A stretch of DNA of 64,000 nt, from the IMG/VR virus record IMGVR_UViG_2885360797_000005; one strand, 5' to 3'. The position numbers and the translations under genes are program-made. This document shows positions 37,572-46,295 of the stretch, in pieces. Position 1 is the stretch's first letter. The number at the start of each line of letters is the position of its first letter. The notes under the pieces are model-generated. The model did not search any database and was not told the origin of the DNA. It saw only the letters and a list, made by a program, of their open reading frames with translations. The stretch is from a virus. Its lineage: Duplodnaviria; Caudoviricetes.

Positions 37572-38762
37572 CTACCTTGCTTCATCCGAATTTATCAGAT
37601 ACACAATGGTATTGTACTTGATTTTCGCCTTGTTCTTTCGGATATTGGAGGATATGGCCGACGATGCCGAGTTATACATATTCTGCAAGGTCTGCAAGGC
37701 GATGGCTTCAGCCGATATGCCGGTTTCATATCCGCTTCCCGAATCAAAGCTGATATTCTGCTGCGCCGCACTGGAACCGGCATCCTTTACGAAGTCACGG
37801 AACTGAGATTCGGGAACATAGAAGCCTTCCATACCATCATTGTCAAAAACGGACAGATTGACCTTTACGAACTTGTCCCCAACCAGGATGCTGGTGATGG
37901 CCGCACGTACACGCTGCTGCCCGAAACCTGTCACCGTTCCATAAAGGTAAGTGCCTTTCTTCAAGTTGATGTCGCTAACCGTCACATCGTCCAATAGTTT
38001 GAATCGAAGACGGGTACCTTCACGCGCCTTGGTGGTCTGGTCAATCATCGCACGGATCAGTTTGGCATCCACCGCATCGTCCGAAGAAGATACCGTGTGG
38101 AACTTGTCCGCATTGGTATCGGAGGATTTGATAACCAGCTTGGGACGGTTGTGTTCTTTCTCTTCCTGCCTGACTTTGGCTATGGAATCCGCACGTTGCC
38201 TTTGCAAAGCCTCTTCCTGCTCCGGGTTGGTTATGCCCAACCCGCTCTCGATGGCTTTCTGCCGTTCATAACTCCTGCGTTGGATTTCCTCCAAATCTTG
38301 GGCAAACTCGTCTTTAGATGAGTAACTTTCACCATTCTGTGAAGGGTCGCCATAGGCATATTCATTGATATGCTTTCGGGATTCTGCAAGGGAACGCTCC
38401 AGTTCTTCCATTTCTTTCTGCTGACGGATGCGTTCCGCCTCGGCTGCATCAAGCATATTCAGTTCTTCCTCGGTGTAACCATGTTCCAGTTCCTCGGTCT
38501 CATTCTTCTCCTCACCGATGGCACCGACTGCGGTAAAGGCATCCTCGTCACCAAATCTGCGTGACATTTCATACATCTTATCTCCAGCTTCTTCCGCACG
38601 GGCTTCGGGAAGTTCCATGTTGATGCGGTCGGTGGCTACCGACTGACCGGTATCACCATCACCGGAGAACATCTGCATCACGAAGTATATCAACGCGCAT
38701 AGCGGCACGAACACCACCAGCGGAAAGATATACTTGGGTTGTTTGAAATTGATTTTAATCAT
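37572..38762 (-). CDS. traM: Conjugative transposon TraM
   Basis: TM + coiled coil; RLRFKLLDD..FDNDGMEGFYVP. Confidence 0.88.
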   Translation of the reverse strand: MIKINFKQPKYIFPLVVFVPLCALIYFVMQMFSGDGDTGQSVATDRINMELPEARAEEAGDKMYEMSRRFGDEDAFTAVGAIGEEKNETEELEHGYTEEELNMLDAAEAERIRQQKEMEELERSLAESRKHINEYAYGDPSQNGESYSSKDEFAQDLEEIQRRSYERQKAIESGLGITNPEQEEALQRQRADSIAKVRQEEKEHNRPKLVIKSSDTNADKFHTVSSSDDAVDAKLIRAMIDQTTKAREGTRLRFKLLDDVTVSDINLKKGTYLYGTVTGFGQQRVRAAITSILVGDKFVKVNLSVFDNDGMEGFYVPESQFRDFVKDAGSSAAQQNISFDSGSGYETGISAEAIALQTLQNMYNSASSAISSNIRKNKAKIKYNTIVYLINSDEAR

Positions 38763-39259
38763 TTGGTCTCGTTATTATTAAGGGATTTGACAATGTTTTC
38801 AAGCTGACGGTATCGTTGAACGATACGGGTGGAATCCATCCTTGACTTATGCGGTACGGCAATCATGGAATCCAATTCCTCACGGAGTTCCTGACCTTGG
38901 ACTACCAAGTCCATCAGCGTGTTGCGCTGGATGTCCTTGTTTGCCTGTATGGTATGGAAGCCTGTGAAAAGCGGTTCCATGTTGCTTATCAGATTTTGAT
39001 TTGCTTCATTCAATTCGTTAGAAGAATCTACATTGGCCCCACTAATCCAAATGTTGCCCACCAGAACAAAAGCCAATGTCCCGGTTACATAAGCGAATGT
39101 ACGCTTCGGATGTTTGGTCGCCCATGCGTTGGCCAAACGTATTCTTGCCGCCAGCCGATACTTCGTACCGATTGCCCCCATCTTGGGTTGCAGCCATGCC
39201 CGAACCTGTTGGTGGGTTTTCAGACGGCTTTCATGCAATATCTTTCTGAGTGATTTCAT
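38759..39259 (-). CDS. TraL-position membrane protein
   Basis: Single TM, located between traK and traM. Confidence 0.65.
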   Translation of the reverse strand: MKSLRKILHESRLKTHQQVRAWLQPKMGAIGTKYRLAARIRLANAWATKHPKRTFAYVTGTLAFVLVGNIWISGANVDSSNELNEANQNLISNMEPLFTGFHTIQANKDIQRNTLMDLVVQGQELREELDSMIAVPHKSRMDSTRIVQRYRQLENIVKSLNNNETK

Positions 39260-39270
39260 TGTTGCTGTTT

Positions 39271-39867
39271 TTAATAATCCAAATCCTTGTTCTCTATGGT
39301 GCGCCAGTTGGTAATCATCAGTCCGTGGGGATTGTTCCTCGTCTTCGGCACATTCTCCAAATACCCGGTCGTTACCATCGTCCGTTTCAAGTCACGGGTG
39401 CGCCGCTTGATTAGCTGCGTACCGTAGTAGGTGAATTTCCGTTCATGTTCGTCAAACTGGATGGAATCGCACATAATGGTGCAGACTGCCGATGACGATA
39501 TGATGTCGGAATAAAAACCGTTCTCGTCCATCGCCTGTTTCTGTTTCAAAGCGGTACCGTCCGCCATATACATCGCCTTGCTGACCGTCCACTTGATATA
39601 GTCGTTATCGGGTGGCAGGTTGAAGAAGTATTGATGAAAGAGCTGGATGTGCGCCTTCGCCTCCATAATAAAGTTCGCTTCCAAATTGGCACGTTCCGCC
39701 AAGAAAGGAATGTCACCGTCCAATACATATATCTGCTGCCGCTCCTTGGTGACCAAAGAGATGCAGCACCAGACCGTGAAGCCGCAGATGACGGCGCAAC
39801 CTCCGATGGTTGCGAGTACCGTCATCATGGCAAGTCTGGTTTTCTGTGCTAAAGATTCTATAAGCAT
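39271..39867 (-). CDS. traK: Conjugative transposon TraK (VirB8-like)
   Basis: FHQYFFNLPPD, AMYMADGT, RNNPHGLMI. Confidence 0.9.
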   Translation of the reverse strand: MLIESLAQKTRLAMMTVLATIGGCAVICGFTVWCCISLVTKERQQIYVLDGDIPFLAERANLEANFIMEAKAHIQLFHQYFFNLPPDNDYIKWTVSKAMYMADGTALKQKQAMDENGFYSDIISSSAVCTIMCDSIQFDEHERKFTYYGTQLIKRRTRDLKRTMVTTGYLENVPKTRNNPHGLMITNWRTIENKDLDY

Positions 39868-39890
39868 ATCGTTTTGTTTTAAGATTACAT

Positions 39891-41012
39891 TCACTTGGAT
39901 TTAATTACCGAGCCTGCCGCACCTGCCGTTGCACCGACCGCTCCTCCGGCGATAGAACCAGCCGTAGCAGCCATACCTGTAACAGTAGAACCTGCCGCAG
40001 AAGCCGCACTCGAACTTACGCCACCGGGTATCAGCCAAGAGGCCACTTCGGGAACGAAGCGGATGATGTAGGCACCCACCAGCATACCCATCGCATACAT
40101 GCAGTTAGAGCCGATGCCCTGCAATCCCAATGCGCCAATCTGTTCCCACGTATTGACAGAACCGTGCAGGAGGTGGTTGTAGGCTACCATGTCTTGCTGA
40201 AGGTTATAGAGCAGGATGAAGTCAATGTAGTAAAGGCACATATAGGTAACGAAGCCCCATAACGAGAGGGAAAGGAACTTTGACATCCATTGGCTCCATG
40301 CCGAACTCCAAGGTGGAGCAAGCGATAGCGCGAACATGATCGGGCAGAATATCATCATAATGGCGATGAATATCCGTTGCGCCACTAATATGCCGTAATA
40401 GGACATCTGGAATATCAGTTCACCGATGAAGCGTATGACATCGTTGATCCACTCGCTGACCTTGGTCTCGGCAGCCACGGCTGCACGTTGGGCATAGTTG
40501 TTGATGGTACTGCCCAAGTTCTCCACATTGTAGATAAGTTTGTCCCACCAAGCCGCATCCTCACCGATGGCTGCCACCTGTTTGGCGGTCGCGATGGAAT
40601 CCTGAACGGCTCTCAGCCGGTCCAAGTATTCACTCTGCTTTTGTGCTACCTTTAGCTCGAAAGCGGCCACCTCTTTGTTTTTGGAGTGTGCCATCGCTTT
40701 GGTGGCTGACTCCAATCCCTTGCCCGGTACTTGCAATGCGGAACAGATCCATGACGAGGAAGAGATACAGATGGAGATACCGACAATGCGCAGGAGCTTC
40801 ATCACATCCATACCGCGCCGTCCGAGTATCATCATCCAACATTCGTATGAGCCGACACAAAGGGCAAGCAGCAATCCGATGACACGTGCCAGTCCGACCG
40901 CGTCACCCAATACCGCCACATTCGGGAAGGTTTCCATGGCAACCAAGAGTTTGTCCAGACTCTCGTCAATGGCGGGCAAGCCTATGGTCAGGAAAATTGA
41001 TAATACATTCAT
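39891..41012 (-). CDS. traJ: TraJ / VirB6-like polytopic membrane protein
   Basis: Multiple TMs, W..KFLSLSLW, VPEVASWLI, Gly/Ala-rich tail. Confidence 0.8.
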   Translation of the reverse strand: MNVLSIFLTIGLPAIDESLDKLLVAMETFPNVAVLGDAVGLARVIGLLLALCVGSYECWMMILGRRGMDVMKLLRIVGISICISSSSWICSALQVPGKGLESATKAMAHSKNKEVAAFELKVAQKQSEYLDRLRAVQDSIATAKQVAAIGEDAAWWDKLIYNVENLGSTINNYAQRAAVAAETKVSEWINDVIRFIGELIFQMSYYGILVAQRIFIAIMMIFCPIMFALSLAPPWSSAWSQWMSKFLSLSLWGFVTYMCLYYIDFILLYNLQQDMVAYNHLLHGSVNTWEQIGALGLQGIGSNCMYAMGMLVGAYIIRFVPEVASWLIPGGVSSSAASAAGSTVTGMAATAGSIAGGAVGATAGAAGSVIKSK

Positions 41013-41032
41013 TGTTATTCTAATTTTACAGT

Positions 41033-41719
41033 TTAATAATGCGTTGCTGCCACTACGCACAAATGGGCAGTCTGGTTGACCAGTTCCTGCATCTTCGTTT
41101 TGGCTTCCTCGTATGCCTGTTGCCGTTTGGCATTCTCCAGTCCGTAGCCGACACCTGTCTTATGGATATAGGCGATGCCGGAACAAAGAATCTCGTTCTG
41201 CCGGCTCAACTCGTCCACCTGGTATTTGAGTTTGCCGTCACTCTTCTTCATGCAGTAGAGCAGTCCGTCAGTGATACACTTCTGCATACGGTCAAACTCG
41301 TCCTTGTAGGTGGCGTATGTCAGATCAACCGACCTGTCAGCCTCTCGAACCAGCTCTTCCTTGTATAGTTCCTCGATGTACTTGCGCTCCGTTTCCACCT
41401 TCTTCACTTTCTGCCTCTGGGTCTCTTCCGCCGTCACACGGGTAGGCATGATACGTTTTACATCGGAGTCCTTTTCCTTGAAGCGAACCCGGAAGCCGGA
41501 CTTGAAGCCTGCCCACTTCCAATACATTTCCGCACCGGAATACTTGTTGTGCAAGAAGTAATAGTACCAATCGGGAGCAAAGTCCCAAGGCCCGTTTTCC
41601 ATGGACTTCCATTGTTTTTCTTTCTCCTTGTCACGGGTCGGGCGTTGGGCTGACATTGTAATTGGAGTGCCCAATGCCATAAATGTGATTAAACCGAGTA
41701 TGATGTTTCTAACCTGCAT
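41033..41719 (-). CDS. Exported tra protein (DUF5045-like)
   Basis: Signal peptide; QWKSMENGPWDFAPDWYYYFLH. Confidence 0.7.
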   Translation of the reverse strand: MQVRNIILGLITFMALGTPITMSAQRPTRDKEKEKQWKSMENGPWDFAPDWYYYFLHNKYSGAEMYWKWAGFKSGFRVRFKEKDSDVKRIMPTRVTAEETQRQKVKKVETERKYIEELYKEELVREADRSVDLTYATYKDEFDRMQKCITDGLLYCMKKSDGKLKYQVDELSRQNEILCSGIAYIHKTGVGYGLENAKRQQAYEEAKTKMQELVNQTAHLCVVAATHY

Positions 41720-42416
41720 ATCCTTGATTCCATTTATTGATTACTTTATTCGCTATCTCATCCTTGACATTGGAGTTCAAAATCTCCCAGATATAATCCG
41801 GCTTCCAACCGCAATCCGTTATCAGGAAGCAGTACAGATTGGCGTTGTCAATGATGTACCGTGCCCTGTCAATGGAGGTTTTGAGGGTCATTACCAGATT
41901 CAGTTTTTCGTCCATGCTTGCCTTCATCAGGTTGATACCCGAAGCTGCCACGGAAGCATAGAGCTTGTAGCAATGGCTTATCTCCCTTGATATGGCTACA
42001 TTGGCATCCGCATAGTACCAGCCGACAAAAGGCTTCTTCGAGACATACTTGAAGGTATTGCTCGTAAAGTCCTTGTACTCTTTGACCAACTGATAGAGGG
42101 AGTTGGCGGTGCTTGATATGGCACCTGCCAGTACAAGGTACGAATGGGCATTGCCCAACTTGGTATCGAGTGTTGTCCGTACATCATTGAACTTGATGGC
42201 TCCCTTGGCTACAAGCGACTGCTCCCCGAAGCTGGTGGCCACCCGTTTCAATGCCTGGTCTTCATCTTTCTTCACGGCTTTGTGAAGGGCTATCAGGGCT
42301 TCAATGGTCGGCAGGTCTTTCGGGATGACATAAGCGTGAGACTTCGCCGAAAGCAGTATTGACAATGTTATACAGAGCAATCCAATTCTTATATTAAAGT
42401 CTTTCATACTTCTCAA
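41709..42416 (-). CDS. Exported tra protein
   Basis: Signal peptide, helical character, operon overlap. Confidence 0.7.
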   Translation of the reverse strand: MRSMKDFNIRIGLLCITLSILLSAKSHAYVIPKDLPTIEALIALHKAVKKDEDQALKRVATSFGEQSLVAKGAIKFNDVRTTLDTKLGNAHSYLVLAGAISSTANSLYQLVKEYKDFTSNTFKYVSKKPFVGWYYADANVAISREISHCYKLYASVAASGINLMKASMDEKLNLVMTLKTSIDRARYIIDNANLYCFLITDCGWKPDYIWEILNSNVKDEIANKVINKWNQGYAG

Positions 42417-43153
42417 TAATTAGATGTAACCAATCCGTTCCAGTCATTGATAAGACCGCTGACATTGTTCTTCATCGTCACCACATTTGCCCATCCCTCC
42501 GGGTCAATGGCAAAGAAAAGGTCATTAGCAGTGGCATATTGGGCCATCAGTATCATGCCCTCCACCTTGTAACGTATCTCCAAAAGGCCGGAATAGATGG
42601 AATTGGCAAGTGACAATCGTTCATAGCGGTCAAGCATATTATAACCGTCATTTTTCTTCTCAGCCGTACCTTGTCCTTTAAGTGGATTCTGTATCGTGGC
42701 ATTGTTCACGATATTGACGAAATTGCCCACCAACTGCTGGGTTTCCGTCACAAGGTTGCCCAGTTCATTCAGGCATAGCAGCTTGTTGGAGAACTTTGCC
42801 TTGCTTACCGTTTGGATAAGTTCCGGCACATCTTTGAGGATGTCGTATGCGCATAGTCCAATCTCCTTGTAGTATTTGCTCTCCGTACCGAAGCCCGACA
42901 CGTTCTGCATTGTCACCTTATAGAGTTCCTTGATGGTAGCCATGCTCACGGTATAGAGTTCCACCTTCTTCTTTTTCTCGGCTATTGAGTCCAGCCTTTG
43001 GTTATGCTGACCCTCAATCAGCTTTTGAGAGGCAAGGTTGCTACTTACCACCTTGATGCAGTTCTTGTCTATGACTACCTTCCATGCGGCGAATAAATTT
43101 GGAGTGGCCACTATTGTTATGAGTGCCACAAGTATCATTCTAATTCTTACCAT
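42413..43153 (-). CDS. Exported tra protein, paralog of 26846-27598
   Basis: Signal peptide; DPEGWA motif. Confidence 0.7.
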   Translation of the reverse strand: MVRIRMILVALITIVATPNLFAAWKVVIDKNCIKVVSSNLASQKLIEGQHNQRLDSIAEKKKKVELYTVSMATIKELYKVTMQNVSGFGTESKYYKEIGLCAYDILKDVPELIQTVSKAKFSNKLLCLNELGNLVTETQQLVGNFVNIVNNATIQNPLKGQGTAEKKNDGYNMLDRYERLSLANSIYSGLLEIRYKVEGMILMAQYATANDLFFAIDPEGWANVVTMKNNVSGLINDWNGLVTSNY

Positions 43154-45984
43154 AACGACATCACTTTTTGTTGTTGATTGACTTTTCTTGCGAATACCAG
43201 ATACTTGTCATCACCGGCTTGCTTCCTGTCCGCCTCGATTCTCGTGATTGCCTCCTGCATATTGCCATAGTAGGCAAGGTAAATCTTCAAGGCTTCCTTC
43301 TCAGTCCGCTCGGTGGTGTATGCCCAATAACATTCGGGCGGTTCCTCCACCCCATAGACATCGGAGTTCTGTCCCCGGCATATCCATACCTCCTTGAAGT
43401 AGTTGCGCCCCTCCCGGTTGTTCAGGGCGTTGACGGTAAAAATCTGCTGCCGCTGTATTTGGGTCAGTCCCAATATGGCGGCTATCTCATCGTACCTGTC
43501 CTTAAACTTGGTCTGGTCTAATAAAACCTTGACATCCGAGTTATTGATAATGGCTTCCTTTACGATGGGCGAATCTATCACGTCATTCAATTCCTGAGTG
43601 ACCACTCCGGCAATACCGTGAAACTTCCTTACCGTTTTATAGAGGTACTTGATATACTCTGCCATCGTAGGAGAAGCAATCGCTTTCCACGCTTCTTCGA
43701 TTATCAGTGCCTTGCGTCCTTTCTTGATACGCATCTTCTGAAGGAATACGTCCATGATAATCAGCACCACAATAGGGAAAAGCACGGGATCATCTTTTAT
43801 TTTGTCAATCTCAAAGACGATGAACCTCTCATCAAAGAGGTTTACATCCAAGTCGGAGTTCAGTGTGGTTTCCAACTCACCGCCCCGATAAAATTGCTTC
43901 AAGATAGCGGCGAAGTCCCGGATGCCGAAACTGATTTTCTCCTGCGAAGTGATTTGCGGGATGCGTTCCAAAGCAAACTCATAATAGGAGTTGAAGGACA
44001 GTTCCTTTACCCTGAGCCTGCGTTTCTGTACTTCCAAGTAATCAATCTGCTTCTCAATCTTTATCAAGAAAGAGTTCTCATAGAGTTCCTTCTTGAATTT
44101 CTCCATGATGCACAAGGCACGCTCCCTTTCTGCCTGAGTAGCCCCTTGATCATGGGCAAGCGCATTTAGGGAACGGTATTGACGAATCAGCTTTTGTCTG
44201 TGAGCCTCGGTAGGCAGCATCAACATACGGTTCTCCTCAATCTTGGAAGGAGGCTCTTCCGTATTTATCAGTTCGTCTATGTCCTCCATCCTGGTGGAAT
44301 AGTTATCATAGTCTTCTTCCATCTTTGCGTCCACAAGCAACTTCTGGCGTAAGCCTTCACGTTCCTTCTCTGTGAATTTCTCAAAGGGATGGAAATAGGC
44401 ATCGTAATACTCCACGATGGTCTGGTTCACCAACATGTCCTCTATCTTCGTGGGCAATTCGTTGCCTTTGAATATCAGAAATATCAGAGATTTTAGGAAG
44501 TTTTTCTTCTCGCCAAAATTCAGTTCGTATTCTTCCTTAGTCACCTTAAAGGGGTTCATGGAAATAGGCTTCTCTTTGGTATAGGAGATATACGTGCCAC
44601 CGAAGTAGCTGCAGATTCCTTCGTATGAATCACCTGTATCTACCATCACCACATCCGTGTTTTGTTCCAACAACTGGCGGACGACCGAGTTTGTGTGAAA
44701 AGATTTTCCGCTTCCGCTTGGCCCGATGCAGAAGAAATTGGCATTGTCGGTCATCTTGACTTTGCCTTCCTTTCCCGTGAAGTCTATGCAGACCGGCAAT
44801 CCTTGTCGGTCTGTATAGTAGGTGGTCAAAGGTGTCTGCTCAGACTCCTTTAAGTGTTCTTTGAAGAAAAAGCACAATGCCGCATCAGATAAAGTCAAGA
44901 ACAAATCGTAGTCAGGATTGAAAGCGTAGGCGTTTCCGGGAAAGCTATCCGTGAATAGTTCCAACTGGTTGTAAGCTGTCCGTGACGGCATGATGCCACA
45001 TTCATATAACTTGGTTTCCAAATACGATGTAACCGGGGTTACTTTATCCGCAGGACAACTGACCAGGATATTGAAATTGGTATATACCAACATGGAACTG
45101 TCCACGGCAAGCCGGTTCAAGACTTCCTCGATATCAGCCTTGGCTATTTTGTTGCTGGGGTCAGGCATGGAGCCGTGACGCTTTGCCTTGGCTTGTAACT
45201 TCCTTAACAGTTTTCTCTGATTGGGTATCTGGACCACTTGGTTGAATACCACACAATCCGAAAAAGGGATGTTGGTCAGGAACGAGAACAGGTCGGTGGC
45301 GATGGTATATCCGTTGATATTCGTCTGCGTATAGGGCTTGATGACTGACGGCAGGTTTATCTCGTCTATATCCACCAACGGGTAGGAACGGATGATGCGC
45401 TCCCCGGTTCTCAGGTATTCATCCGATGACTTGAAGTTGGTCATGGAAAAGGCACCGTGCCGGAACTGAAATGCCATAAAGCGGTGGCAATACTCGGATG
45501 CTTCAGCTTTGCTGAGTTTACGATGGCGGATGCCTCGCTCGGTCAGGATATCATCCACCTTGGAAACCTTCGTATGAAAATCCAGCCATGTTTTCGGGTC
45601 GTATTGCACGAACTGGCTGCGCTGCGCCTCTTGCGTCACTATCAGGTACGTGCGTATCTCCGTGAACTCCCTTCCCTCGAAATAATTGAAATAGCTCCGG
45701 GTCAGGAACTCCGCATCTTCCGGCACGTCATGGTGGTAGGCTTGTTTGCAAAGGATGTCCTGCTTCTGCAAGGCATACCCCTCGCCGAGGGTCTGTACCA
45801 CATTGGATAGTACATCCTGAAAACGTATATACTGCCCGGCATCAGTACAGAACTGCTGCACCGGATTGGTCATCTCGAAGATGACGGACGGCTCGCCCTT
45901 GGCTGAAAAAAGGACGACATTGCCGTCCGTTTCCTCCAGCCCGGCATAGAGGCCGTCAAAGACTTTTTTCTTGGTTTGTGCCAT
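43147..45984 (-). CDS. traG: VirB4-family conjugation ATPase TraG
   Basis: GPSGSGKS, VDTGDSY, IEEAWKA, KTVRKF..VVTQE. Confidence 0.93.
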   Translation of the reverse strand: MAQTKKKVFDGLYAGLEETDGNVVLFSAKGEPSVIFEMTNPVQQFCTDAGQYIRFQDVLSNVVQTLGEGYALQKQDILCKQAYHHDVPEDAEFLTRSYFNYFEGREFTEIRTYLIVTQEAQRSQFVQYDPKTWLDFHTKVSKVDDILTERGIRHRKLSKAEASEYCHRFMAFQFRHGAFSMTNFKSSDEYLRTGERIIRSYPLVDIDEINLPSVIKPYTQTNINGYTIATDLFSFLTNIPFSDCVVFNQVVQIPNQRKLLRKLQAKAKRHGSMPDPSNKIAKADIEEVLNRLAVDSSMLVYTNFNILVSCPADKVTPVTSYLETKLYECGIMPSRTAYNQLELFTDSFPGNAYAFNPDYDLFLTLSDAALCFFFKEHLKESEQTPLTTYYTDRQGLPVCIDFTGKEGKVKMTDNANFFCIGPSGSGKSFHTNSVVRQLLEQNTDVVMVDTGDSYEGICSYFGGTYISYTKEKPISMNPFKVTKEEYELNFGEKKNFLKSLIFLIFKGNELPTKIEDMLVNQTIVEYYDAYFHPFEKFTEKEREGLRQKLLVDAKMEEDYDNYSTRMEDIDELINTEEPPSKIEENRMLMLPTEAHRQKLIRQYRSLNALAHDQGATQAERERALCIMEKFKKELYENSFLIKIEKQIDYLEVQKRRLRVKELSFNSYYEFALERIPQITSQEKISFGIRDFAAILKQFYRGGELETTLNSDLDVNLFDERFIVFEIDKIKDDPVLFPIVVLIIMDVFLQKMRIKKGRKALIIEEAWKAIASPTMAEYIKYLYKTVRKFHGIAGVVTQELNDVIDSPIVKEAIINNSDVKVLLDQTKFKDRYDEIAAILGLTQIQRQQIFTVNALNNREGRNYFKEVWICRGQNSDVYGVEEPPECYWAYTTERTEKEALKIYLAYYGNMQEAITRIEADRKQAGDDKYLVFARKVNQQQKVMSLW

Positions 45985-45986
45985 AA

Positions 45987-46277
45987 TTAGGAGCTTTTTC
46001 TCAGTTTGTTGTAAATATAAATGCCCTTGTCTCTCCGCTTGTTGTGCAGTCCTCCGCGCTGTTTGATGAAGATGGTCACCAGCCCGATGACTGCCATGAC
46101 AAGCATGGCGACGAATCCGGCGAGCTTTCCCAATACAATGGAGAACAGTATGAAGCCGACAAACGACACGCCGATGGCCAATGCCGCCAACGTGAGGAAG
46201 CGTCCACGGATGCCCATGAACTCCAGCGGCTTTTGCAGTCCCTTGAATACGGGAAATTCCTCCTGATTCATCGTCAA
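45987..46277 (-). CDS. traF: TraF (DUF4133, VirB3-like)
   Basis: FKGLQKPLEFMGIRGRF plus two TMs. Confidence 0.85.
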   Translation of the reverse strand: MTMNQEEFPVFKGLQKPLEFMGIRGRFLTLAALAIGVSFVGFILFSIVLGKLAGFVAMLVMAVIGLVTIFIKQRGGLHNKRRDKGIYIYNKLRKSS

Positions 46278-46295
46278 TATCTTGTTATGTTTCTA